Assembly (NCBI GenBank): GCA_024277275.1
Contig: JAJRVO010000336.1
Location: forward strand, 1 to 48,505
From: Chloroflexota bacterium
Lineage (GTDB): Bacteria; Chloroflexota; Anaerolineae; 4572-78; J111
DNA length: 48,505 bases
Reading direction: 5' to 3'
The position numbers and the translations under genes were made by a program. The notes under the pieces were generated by a model. That model was not told the DNA's origin, searched no databases, and was given only the letters and a program-made list of their open reading frames with translations. Shown here one piece after another: positions 35,641-44,061 of this stretch (its first letter is position 1; each line of letters starts with the position of its first letter).

Positions 35641-37011
35641 ATGCCAAACATTCACCTGATTGGCATTGGCGGAGCGGGATTATCCGCCATTGCCACCGTT
35701 CTTTTACAACAGGGATATCGCGTCTCCGGCTCCGATATGCAAGCCTCGGCTGCCACGGCGCGGTTGATTGAAATGGGAGCCGATGTCTTCATCGGCCACC
35801 GGGCCGAAAACCTGAGCGATAACCTGGATGCCGTGGTCGTTTCATCGGCTATTGGGCCGGATAACCCGGAACTGCTGGAAGCGCGGCGGCGCGGATTAAC
35901 CGTCGCCAAACGGGCTGAATGGTTGGGGCAAATGATGCAGGGCCAAAGCGGCATTGCCATTGCCGGAACGCACGGCAAAACCACCACCACCGCTATGACG
36001 GCCTTTGTGCTGCAAGAGTCGGGCCGACGCCCAAGCTATATTGTGGGGGGCTTTGTGCCGCAAATGGAGACCAATGCAGCCGCCGGTCAGGGTCGGGCCT
36101 TTGTTATTGAGGCCGACGAGTATGACCACATGTTCCTGGGCCTGCGCCCGGAAGTGGCTGTTGTAACTATTGTGGAGTGGGACCATCCCGATATCTTTCC
36201 CACATTCACCGATCTCAGAGATGCTTTTGTAGATTTTGTGCGACTTGTTTCCGCCAACGGCCTGATCATTGGCTGCGGCGATGCGCCCGGCGTGCGGGAA
36301 GTTGTCCAACACAGCGCGGCCAAAGTAGTTACCTATGGCCTGCAAGCGGAAAATGATTGGCAGGCAGTTAATCTTGAACCTAACCGGCGCGGCGGATACG
36401 ATTTTAAGGCGCTGTGTCCCCAGGTTGCCGGCCGTCCGGTTGCCGCAATATCTTTGGCCGTGCCGGGATTACACAATGTTTGTAACGCTTTGGCGGCGTT
36501 AATTGTAGCTCATCATCAAGGCGTTGATTTACCACAAGCCGCTGAAATTCTGGGTCGATTCAAAGGGGTGGGTCGCCGTTTTGAGCTGAAAGGCGAGGTC
36601 AACGGGATAACCGTTATTGATGATTACGCCCATCACCCCACCGAGATTAAAGCGACGCTGGCCGCCGCCCGCACCCGTTTTGGCAAGCGCCCCATTTGGG
36701 CGGTGTTGCAGCCTCACACCTTTAGTCGCACCATGTCGCTGCTGGATGATTTTGTGGGCGCTTTTGGCAACGCCGACCACGTAATTGTGGTTGATATTTA
36801 CGCCTCGCGTGAACGTGACGAGGGGCTGGTCAACAGCCGGGATATTGTTGACCGTATGACGCATCCTGACACACGTTACATTGGCCCGCTGGTCGAGACC
36901 GCCGATTACTTGTCAACCCACTTGACTGCCCCGGCTGTGCTGCTCACGCTAGGCGCGGGCGATGGTTATCAGGTTGGGGAGTGGGTTTTGGAAAGGCTGC
37001 GTGGGGCGTAG
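35641..37011 (+). CDS. murC: UDP-N-acetylmuramate--L-alanine ligase
   Basis: 456 aa with IHLIGIGGAGLSAIA, AGTHGKTTTTAM and DDYAHHPTEI. Confidence 0.9.
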   Translation: MPNIHLIGIGGAGLSAIATVLLQQGYRVSGSDMQASAATARLIEMGADVFIGHRAENLSDNLDAVVVSSAIGPDNPELLEARRRGLTVAKRAEWLGQMMQGQSGIAIAGTHGKTTTTAMTAFVLQESGRRPSYIVGGFVPQMETNAAAGQGRAFVIEADEYDHMFLGLRPEVAVVTIVEWDHPDIFPTFTDLRDAFVDFVRLVSANGLIIGCGDAPGVREVVQHSAAKVVTYGLQAENDWQAVNLEPNRRGGYDFKALCPQVAGRPVAAISLAVPGLHNVCNALAALIVAHHQGVDLPQAAEILGRFKGVGRRFELKGEVNGITVIDDYAHHPTEIKATLAAARTRFGKRPIWAVLQPHTFSRTMSLLDDFVGAFGNADHVIVVDIYASRERDEGLVNSRDIVDRMTHPDTRYIGPLVETADYLSTHLTAPAVLLTLGAGDGYQVGEWVLERLRGA

Positions 37012-37040
37012 CATTTCAGCGCTTCAGCTTTTAGAAAATA

Positions 37041-37102
37041 GTAGGTTGGGTCGAAGTATGAGACCCAACAGTTGGGTTTCTCTATCGCTCAACCCAACCT
37101 AC
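37041..37102. repeat. Nested hairpins built on the GTTGGGT / ACCCAAC motif
   Basis: gtaggttgggtc gaagtatga gacccaac agttgggtttc...aacccaacctac. The GTTGGGTTTC 10-mer is shared with 3431-3440. Confidence 0.8.
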
Positions 37103-37137
37103 ACCGGCTGGCTGTGTTTACAGGCATAAACGATGCC

Positions 37138-37191
37138 GGTAATTAGTAAATAGTAATTGGTTAAATTACTATTTACTAATTACCTAATTAC
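37138..37191. repeat. Heptamer-periodic palindrome (TAGTAAT type)
   Basis: ggtaattagtaaatagtaattgg ttaa attactatttactaattacctaattac. Confidence 0.9.
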
Positions 37192-37211
37192 AAAGAGTTT
37201 AGGAGCAACCA

Positions 37212-37451
37212 GTGACTAAACAAAAACTTAAGTTGGTCAAAAGCGGAAAGAAACGCGTAATACCCTCCCCAGAAGCGGTAAAAGAGCAATTGTCCATTTC
37301 CAATCTCCGATCTCCAACCTTAACCCCCGCCGAACAGGTCGAGGCCGAACGCTTTAAAGCATTGACCAAAGAACGCGCCGCTCGGCAAGCGCTGGTGCGC
37401 CGGATTATACGCAAACTCCAAGAGTGGGATGTCCCCTCCAGGGTTGCCTGA
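37212..37451 (+). CDS. Hypothetical small basic protein (79 aa) upstream of murB
   Basis: A GTG start is preceded by AGGAG. It overlaps the murB start by 23 nt and I recognise no family. Coding status is uncertain. Confidence 0.3.
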   Translation: MTKQKLKLVKSGKKRVIPSPEAVKEQLSISNLRSPTLTPAEQVEAERFKALTKERAARQALVRRIIRKLQEWDVPSRVA

Positions 37452-38421
37452 CAACAGGGCGGACTGGGCGCTGAAGCCATTTATTGAGGCGCTGATTGTC
37501 GCCTTTGGCAACAAACCGCGCCGAGACGAACCGCTCTCCGGGCACACCGCCTCTCGCTTAGGTGGACCGGCAGACGTGTGGTTGCCGGTAAATAGTCTGG
37601 CTGAGTTGATTGAAGCGGTTAAGTTGGCCCAACACCATAATACGCCGGTTTTTATGCTTGGCGCAGGGGCCAATCTGCTTATTGGCGACGCGGGTATTCG
37701 GGGGCTGGTGATTGAAAATCGGGCTAATCAGGTCCATTTTCCATCGCCGGCAGAGGTAGGCGAGTCGACAACTTTAATTGTGGAAAGCGGCGCGGTTTTG
37801 CCCAGTTTGGCCCGCCGCTGCGCTAAAGCGGGGTTGAGCGGGTTAGAATGGGCGGCGGGTATCCCCGGCACAATGGGGGGGGCGATTGTTAACAATGCCG
37901 GCGCTTACGGCAGCGACATAGCCGCTGCGCTAATTCGCGCCGAACTGCTCTCGCCGGACGGAGAGCGGGTTTGGCAGCCGGTGAACTGGTTTGAGTATGG
38001 CTACCGCGTATCGCACCTGAAACAAAAAAAGGGCAAAGGCGGCGCGGGTTGGGTTGTTTTGCAGGCTGAGTTGCAAATGACCCAGGCTCCCGTGGAAGAG
38101 ATTCAAGCCCAAATGGATGTATTTAATGAGCGGCGAAAAAGCAGCCAGCCGTCCGGCGCAACAATGGGCAGCATGTTTAAAAATCCGCCCGGAGATTACG
38201 CCGGTCGCTTGATAGAAGCGGCAGGCTTAAAAGGTCATCAAATTGGACAAGCCCAAATTTCGCCTGTTCATGCCAATTTTTTTCAAAATCTGGGCGGGGC
38301 TACAGCCGTCGATATGCTGGCGTTAATAGAAATTGCTCAAGCAACCGTCGAAACCAAGTTTGGGATAAAGCTAGAGCTAGAGATAGAGGTGATTGATGAG
38401 TTCGGCCAAAAAATACGGTAA
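37429..38421 (+). CDS. murB: UDP-N-acetylenolpyruvoylglucosamine reductase
   Basis: 330 aa with [25 protein letters not shown] and [13 protein letters not shown]. Confidence 0.85.
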   Translation: MSPPGLPDNRADWALKPFIEALIVAFGNKPRRDEPLSGHTASRLGGPADVWLPVNSLAELIEAVKLAQHHNTPVFMLGAGANLLIGDAGIRGLVIENRANQVHFPSPAEVGESTTLIVESGAVLPSLARRCAKAGLSGLEWAAGIPGTMGGAIVNNAGAYGSDIAAALIRAELLSPDGERVWQPVNWFEYGYRVSHLKQKKGKGGAGWVVLQAELQMTQAPVEEIQAQMDVFNERRKSSQPSGATMGSMFKNPPGDYAGRLIEAAGLKGHQIGQAQISPVHANFFQNLGGATAVDMLALIEIAQATVETKFGIKLELEIEVIDEFGQKIR

Positions 38422-39526
38422 AAAAGTGCGAGTTGGCATTCTCTTTGGCGGGCGCAGCGGCGAGCATGAGGTCAGTTTGGCTTCTGCCCAAGGCATCATG
38501 AATGCGATTGATAAGGACAAATATGAGGTTGTACCCATCGGCATTACCAAAGCCGGTCAGTGGCTGGCCGGGGGAAATATTCACCGGCAGCTTTTAGATG
38601 CGGCAGCCGGGCATCCCGTTGTTGAAGATTTTTTGAAACGGGTTGAGCAATCGGCTGAAAATGCGTTAACTTTACCCATTTCTGAAACCGGCCCGCTCGA
38701 CGTGGTTTTTCCCATATTGCATGGCCCTTTTGGCGAAGACGGCACGGTGCAGGGATTTTTGGAGTTGGTTGGCCTCCCTTACGTGGGGGCCGGTGTAGCA
38801 GCCAGCGCGGTGGGGATGGATAAGGCCATTTGCAAAAATATTTTTGAGGCTCACGGGCTGCCTATTGTGCCTCATCTTACTTTTCTGCGACATCGATGGC
38901 AAACCGACCCGGAAGACGTGATGGCTGAATGCGAAGCAGATTTGAACTACCCGTTGTTTGTAAAACCGGCTAATTTGGGCAGCAGCGTTGGTATCCACAA
39001 GGCCAAAAACCAGGCCGAATTGCGAGTTGGGCTGGACGATGCGGCCCGGTATGACCGCAAATTGATTGTTGAGCAGGGCGTAGACCGGGCCAGAGAGATA
39101 GAGGTTAGCGTATTGGGCAATGATGACCCCATTGCCTCCGTGCCGGGTGAAGTTATTCCCTCGCGCGAGTTTTACAGTTACGCGGCCAAATATCTCGACG
39201 ATAGTTCTGAACTGTTGCTTCCGGCCCCCCTTAGCCGGGAACAAGTTGATTCTATTCAACAAACAGCTATTGCCGCTTTTAAGGCAATGGATTGTGCCGG
39301 TATGGCGCGCTGTGATTTTTTGGTTGACAGAACCACCGGCGAGGTTTTTTTGAACGAGCTTAATACCTTGCCGGGCTTTACGCCCATCAGCATGTATCCT
39401 AAATTGTGGGAAGCCAGCGGCCTATCATACGCTGATTTGATTGATCGCTTAATTCAGTTGGCCATTGAGCGATATGAAGATAAGCAGCAGTCTCAAACTT
39501 CTTTTGATGTAGGTACTGCGGAATAG
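38393..39526 (+). CDS. ddl: D-alanine--D-alanine ligase
   Basis: 377 aa with RVGILFGGRSGEHEVSLASA, HGPFGEDGTVQG, FVKPANLGSSVGI and NELNTLPGFT. Confidence 0.9.
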   Translation: MMSSAKKYGKKVRVGILFGGRSGEHEVSLASAQGIMNAIDKDKYEVVPIGITKAGQWLAGGNIHRQLLDAAAGHPVVEDFLKRVEQSAENALTLPISETGPLDVVFPILHGPFGEDGTVQGFLELVGLPYVGAGVAASAVGMDKAICKNIFEAHGLPIVPHLTFLRHRWQTDPEDVMAECEADLNYPLFVKPANLGSSVGIHKAKNQAELRVGLDDAARYDRKLIVEQGVDRAREIEVSVLGNDDPIASVPGEVIPSREFYSYAAKYLDDSSELLLPAPLSREQVDSIQQTAIAAFKAMDCAGMARCDFLVDRTTGEVFLNELNTLPGFTPISMYPKLWEASGLSYADLIDRLIQLAIERYEDKQQSQTSFDVGTAE

Positions 39527-39700
39527 TCAGTAATTAGTAATTAGTAAATAGTAAATAGTAGTCGGTAGCTGGTGGTTAGTAGCTGGTGGCTGGCGGTTAG
39601 TAGCTGGTAGCTGGTAGCTGGTGGTTAGTAGCAGGTGGTTGGTAGTGGCGAGTAGCGTCTGCTAACGACCAACAGCTATCAGCTACCAGCTGCCAGCTAA
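39527..39700. repeat. About 25 consecutive heptamer units (TAGTAAT drifting to TGGTAGC) with a complementary right arm
   Basis: cagtaat tagtaat tagtaaa tagtaaa tagtagt cggtagc tggtggt tagtagc ... accaaca gctatca gctacca gctgcca gcta. It begins directly after the ddl stop. Confidence 0.95.
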
Positions 39701-39713
39701 TAGGAAGTTAACT

Positions 39714-40610
39714 ATGTTTGGCGCAAAAAAGCGTCGTCGCAAGCGACGTTCGGAACTGCGACTGGGGGCGCAGGCAATCAATTATGAAACAACCGCGGCC
39801 GGGCCGCCTATATCGCTGATCCCGATGCTGAAATTTTGGCAGCGATGGGGGGCCAGGATAAGCGGTATATTGGCGCTGGCTTTTTTAGGCTGGGTTTTTT
39901 ACACGCTCTTTGCCACCCCTTCATTTTATGTGTATGGAGCCAGCATCAAGGGTAATGTGGCTGTATCGACCCGTGAAATCTATATCGTCAGCGGCATCGA
40001 TAGCCAGAACATTTTTTGGGTCAATCCGGCAGAAGTCAGCGAAAGAATAGCCGCTCTGCCCAATATAAAATCAGCCGAAGTGTCGATTGCTTTGCCGTCG
40101 CGGGTTGAAATTGAGGTTGTTGAGCGTCGCCCCCAACTGTTGTGGCAAATTGGTGAAACAGTCTGGTGGGTCGACCAGGAGGGAATAATTGTTCCCCCCA
40201 GAGCCAATGTGGATGGCATGTTGCGCATCATTGACGACGACCGGCAGCCGGTAGAGGTTGGCTATCAAATTGACCCTACTATTATTGAGGGGGCGCAGGC
40301 GTTGCGTATTTTGGTCCCCGATGTATCAATTATTCGCCATACCCGCGCCCAGGGCTTAATTGTAGCCACACCCGACGGCTGGCCGGTATACCTGGGAAAC
40401 GGCAGCGAAATGCGGGCCAAATTGATTGTGCTAAGTTCGCTGCTGGCTAACTTGCGGACAAATGATATAACGCCGTCTTACATTGACTTGCGTAATCCAC
40501 TGAGGCCCGTTTACAAAGAAATGCCCGTTATCAGGATAGCGCCGCCAAAACAAACACCCGGTCAAACCTTTCCATCACAACCGGCAGCGCCATCGTATAG
40601 AAGGCCCTAA
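39714..40610 (+). CDS. ftsQ: Cell division protein FtsQ/DivIB-like (TM helix plus POTRA)
   Basis: 298 aa with a basic N-terminus and the TM helix ILALAFLGWVFYTLF. A POTRA-like segment FYVYGASIKGNVAVSTREIYIVSGI...IEVVERRPQLLW follows. It lies in the position between ddl and ftsA. Confidence 0.7.
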   Translation: MFGAKKRRRKRRSELRLGAQAINYETTAAGPPISLIPMLKFWQRWGARISGILALAFLGWVFYTLFATPSFYVYGASIKGNVAVSTREIYIVSGIDSQNIFWVNPAEVSERIAALPNIKSAEVSIALPSRVEIEVVERRPQLLWQIGETVWWVDQEGIIVPPRANVDGMLRIIDDDRQPVEVGYQIDPTIIEGAQALRILVPDVSIIRHTRAQGLIVATPDGWPVYLGNGSEMRAKLIVLSSLLANLRTNDITPSYIDLRNPLRPVYKEMPVIRIAPPKQTPGQTFPSQPAAPSYRRP

Positions 40611-40618
40611 CCTGAACC

Positions 40619-40866
40619 AGGGAGTGAGTAGTAGAGTATAGGAAGTAGTAGGGAGTAACTATTTTTCCTTACTCCTTACTACTATACTCAGCACGGTCAC
40701 AAAGTAACATTCTGAAAGCCAGAGAATAGGACACAGATTTTCGCAGATAAACACAGATTATGGTAAAAAACTAAACAAAAATCTGTAAAATCTGTGTTCA
40801 TCTGTGTCCCATAAAAATGTTACTTTATGGCCGTTGGCAGTATACTTCCTATTACTTACTTCCTAA
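40619..40866. repeat. Compound nested palindrome of about 250 bp between ftsQ and ftsA
   Basis: Layer 1 is the hairpin 40619-40692 (GGAGTAG-type heptamers). Layer 2 arms are ACGGTCACAAAGTAACATT (40693-711) and AATGTTACTTTATGGCCGT (40816-834). Layer 3 arms are GGACACAGATTTTCGCAGATAAACACAGATT (40729-759) and AATCTGTAAAATCTGTGTTCATCTGTGTCC (40780-809). An outer GGAAGTA-type arm lies at 40838-866. Confidence 0.85.
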
Positions 40867-41128
40867 GCGCCTAATTTTAAGGAAAAACACAAGATGTTGT
40901 GGTATAAACTATTGCAAAATACTATATCTTGTGGTACACTACAATTTACATCTTACCGGCTTTATGAAAATGCAAGTTGGTGCGGCTTTAAAAATTGTGG
41001 GCAAGATGCTGGAGGCAAAAGGCAAAAAAGAAAAAGTTTGGACCTTTGCTCCCTCCATTCTCTTACTGCCGCCGGAGTATCCATTTTGAATAACTTGCAG
41101 CAGGCACACAAAAGGGGAGGAGGCTAGT

Positions 41129-42352
41129 GTGGATCGCACTGTTGTTGCCTTAGACATAGGCACTACAAAAATCTGCACGCTAGTTGCCGAAGTCGGCCCT
41201 CCCCCGGAAGAGAGCTTGCGTGTTGTAGGTGTGGGTACTGTGCCTTCAAGGGGAATCCGTAAAGGGGTGGTGGTAAATGTCAACGAAGTTGCAGCCGCCA
41301 TTGTCGACTCGGTTCGCCTGGCGGAGCGTACCTCTGGATATGAAATTGCCAGCGCCTATGTTGGGTTAGCCGGAGCGCACATTAACGCCGTAAATAGCCG
41401 GGGCGTGGTAGCCATTAGCCGAGGCGAACGGGGTATCCGAACTGTAGATGTTGAAAGGGCTTTGGAATCTGCACGGGCCATCGATATTCCCCACAATCGG
41501 GAGATTCTGCATATTATCCCGCGCGGCTTTACCGTAGATGGCGACGACGGGGTACGCGACCCGGTTGGGATGCAAGGCTACCGGCTGGAGGTTGAAGCCC
41601 ATATTGTTACCGGAGCTACTTCGTCCATTAAAAACCTTATCAGGTGCGTGCAGAGTTGTGGGGTTCAAATTGACGCTTTGGTTTTGGAACCGTTGGCCTC
41701 TGGCGAAGCGGTTTTAACCGACATTTAGCGCGAGATGGGGGTAGTACTGGTTGATATCGGCGGCGGCACTACAGACATCGCCATATTTATAGAAGGCGCC
41801 ATTTGGCACGCCGTTGTTTTACCCACCGGCGGCGAACAATTGACCAACGATGTGGCCGTAGGCTTACGCACCCCCTACAACACGGCAGAAGATATTAAGA
41901 TTAAATACGGGCACGCCCTGCCCCAGGCCGTAATGCTTGAAGAGATTGTTAAGGCCGAAGTGTTTGGCGAAGAAGGTCAACAGCAAATCCCTCGCCAGTT
42001 TTTGGCAGAAATTGTGGGAGCGCGCGCCGAAGAGATTTTTGAGCTGGTCTTAAAAGAGATTAAGCGGAGCGGGTACGATGGACTTTTGCCGGCAGGCATT
42101 GTTTTGTGCGGAGGCACCGCCGAATTACCCGGTATCCGCGATTTGGCCCGCGATGTTATGGGGCTACCGGCCCGTATCGGCGAGCCGCAAAATTTGCGCG
42201 GGTTGGTCGACACGCTACACAGCCCGGCTTTTGCTACCACCGTGGGGTTATTAGAATGGGGCGTAATGCACGACTTGCCCAAACCGGTTCAGCAATCCGC
42301 AAACCACAGTTTGAAGGTGCCGACTTGGTTAAAAGCGTTTTTGCCGGGGTAA
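41129..42352 (+). pseudogene. ftsA: Cell division protein FtsA, interrupted by an in-frame TAG at 41726-41728
   Basis: A GTG start is preceded by GGGGAGGAGG. It reads VALDIGTTKICTLVAE...LEPLASGEAVLTDI, then TAG, then in the same frame REMGVVLVDIGGGTTDIAIF...VLCGGTAELPGI. Together these make one actin-fold FtsA of about 407 codons. Confidence 0.9.
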
Positions 42353-42446
42353 TTGCCGGTAATCAGTAACCGGTAATTAGTAATCAGTAATTAGTGAATA
42401 GTTGACTACAATTACCAATTACTAATTACTAATTACTGGTTACTAG
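42348..42446. repeat. Heptamer-periodic palindrome (CAGTAAT/ATTACTA type) starting at the ftsA stop codon
   Basis: ggtaattgccggtaatcagtaaccggtaattagtaatcagtaattagtgaatag ... attaccaattactaattactaattactggttactag. Confidence 0.9.
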
Positions 42447-42565
42447 TACACGGCGGCGTAAATCCTTCGGTAGTTTATGGAGTGAAAAAGTGCACTTTTT
42501 CACTCCATAAACTAAGCAACGCGCTGCTTGTAACTACCGAAAGACTTCCGCCAAGTTGTACTAGT
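42442..42565. repeat. 124-bp imperfect palindrome upstream of ftsZ with a perfect 38-bp core
   Basis: The core TTTATGGAGTGAAAAAGTGCACTTTTTCACTCCATAAA (42474-42511) is self-complementary. The outer arms are ACTAGTACA...CCTTCGGTAG and CTACCGAAAG...TGTACTAGT. Confidence 0.9.
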
Positions 42566-42607
42566 TATTGATAATATAAGGTTTATCCTATCTAATGGGA
42601 GAGTGAC

Positions 42608-43783
42608 ATGTCCAAAAATAGTAGAAATGATAATTACGCAATGCAGCCCGAAAACTTTGCCCAAATTAAAGTTGTCGGTGTGGGTGGCGGCGGAAGCAAC
42701 GCCGTTAACCGCATGATAGCCGAAGGTTTGCGCGGGGTTGATTTTATTGCCGTTAATACCGATGCCCAGGCGCTATTAATGAGCGACGCGCCTCAGCGGA
42801 TTCGTATTGGCGACAAATTGACCCGTGGTTTGGGCGCCGGCGGTAATCCTGAAGTCGGTCATAAAGCCGCCGAAGAATCTTCTGATGATTTAGAAGAAAC
42901 CATTCGCGGGGCTGATATGGTTTTTGTAACCTGCGGTATGGGCGGCGGAACCGGCACCGGGGCTGCGCCCATCATTGCCGAAACTGCTAAAAACACGGGC
43001 GCTCTAACCATTGGCGTTGTGACTCGCCCCTTTAGCTTTGAGGGAAGCCGTCGCCAAAATCTGGCAATGGAGGGGATTGAAACGCTTAAAGAAAAAGTTG
43101 ACACGTTAATTGTCATCCCCAATGACCGCTTGCTGGAAATTGTCGACAAAAAAGCCAGTATGACCGAGGCCTTCCGTACCGCCGACGACGTACTGCGTCA
43201 GGGTATTCAGGGGATTTCTGAGCTTATCACTGTCCCCGGCTTAATTAACCTGGACTTTGCCGATGTTCGCTCTATTATGAGCGGCGGCGGCTCGTCGCTA
43301 ATGTCTGTTGGCATTGCCACCGGCGAGAACCGGGCTGTTGACGCGGCTGAAATCGCCATCTCTTCCTCGTTGCTGGATGTAACCATTGACGGCGCTCAGG
43401 GTCTTTTGTTTAACATTACCAGCGGCCCCAGCCTGAGTTTGTTTGAAGTCAATGAAGCGGCTGAAATTATCAGAAGAAAAGCGCACCCCGATGCCAATAT
43501 CATCTTTGGCGCGGTTATTGACGAGAGCCTGGATGAAGAATTGCGAATCACCTTAATTGCTACCGGCTTTGATGCTGCTGCGGTTAAGCGCAAGCCCTAT
43601 GTTGCCGGGAAAAGATTAAAAGACACCGATTCCAAAACCATCGCTTTCCCCCAACAAAAAGTCAGAGAAACTTACGCCCGCGAAGAGCAAAAACTTCCTC
43701 ACCGGGAACCGGCTTACGACCCGGAGGATTTGGAAGTGCCCACCTTCCTGCGCAAACGCATCCAAAAGCGTCGAGTTTCTTAA
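42608..43783 (+). CDS. ftsZ: Cell division GTPase FtsZ
   Basis: 391 aa with [33 protein letters not shown] (tubulin signature) and a C-terminal [10 protein letters not shown] peptide. Confidence 0.95.
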   Translation: MSKNSRNDNYAMQPENFAQIKVVGVGGGGSNAVNRMIAEGLRGVDFIAVNTDAQALLMSDAPQRIRIGDKLTRGLGAGGNPEVGHKAAEESSDDLEETIRGADMVFVTCGMGGGTGTGAAPIIAETAKNTGALTIGVVTRPFSFEGSRRQNLAMEGIETLKEKVDTLIVIPNDRLLEIVDKKASMTEAFRTADDVLRQGIQGISELITVPGLINLDFADVRSIMSGGGSSLMSVGIATGENRAVDAAEIAISSSLLDVTIDGAQGLLFNITSGPSLSLFEVNEAAEIIRRKAHPDANIIFGAVIDESLDEELRITLIATGFDAAAVKRKPYVAGKRLKDTDSKTIAFPQQKVRETYAREEQKLPHREPAYDPEDLEVPTFLRKRIQKRRVS

Positions 43784-43853
43784 CCTATTATTGAGAATTC
43801 CTTCCTACGGCCTGAGTGTGGCAGGTAGAAAACCCACACACCGCATCCCCACT

Positions 43854-43889
43854 GCGCCCCTGGCATTCCCCAGCCAGGGGCGCTTTTTT
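43854..43889 (+). terminator. Rho-independent terminator after ftsZ
   Basis: A perfect 10-bp stem GCGCCCCTGG / CCAGGGGCGC with a 10-nt loop is followed by TTTTTT. Confidence 0.7.
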
Positions 43890-43947
43890 GTGGGTATTAA
43901 TTGGATAGTCTCTCGCTTGAATGTTGAAAGCTGTTGATTGTTATTTT

Positions 43948-44015
43948 GAACCGCCAAGACGCCAAGTGCGCCAAGAAAAAAAGAAAATTTGGCGTTCTTG
44001 GTGTTCTTGGCGGTT
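43948..44015. repeat. Periodic palindrome (CGCCAAG)n
   Basis: gaaccgccaagacgccaagtgcgccaag ... ttggcgttcttggtgttcttggcggtt. Confidence 0.9.
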
Positions 44016-44061
44016 AATTTTTCTAGTTTGCAGTCACCAACACTTAACAGGGGGATTATCA

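Noticed and set aside
40817-41127. ORFs of 90 and 77 aa in the ftsQ-ftsA spacer
   Set aside because: They are two overlapping frames in a repeat-rich, AT-rich spacer with no RBS and implausible composition. The region more likely holds an internal promoter for ftsA-ftsZ.
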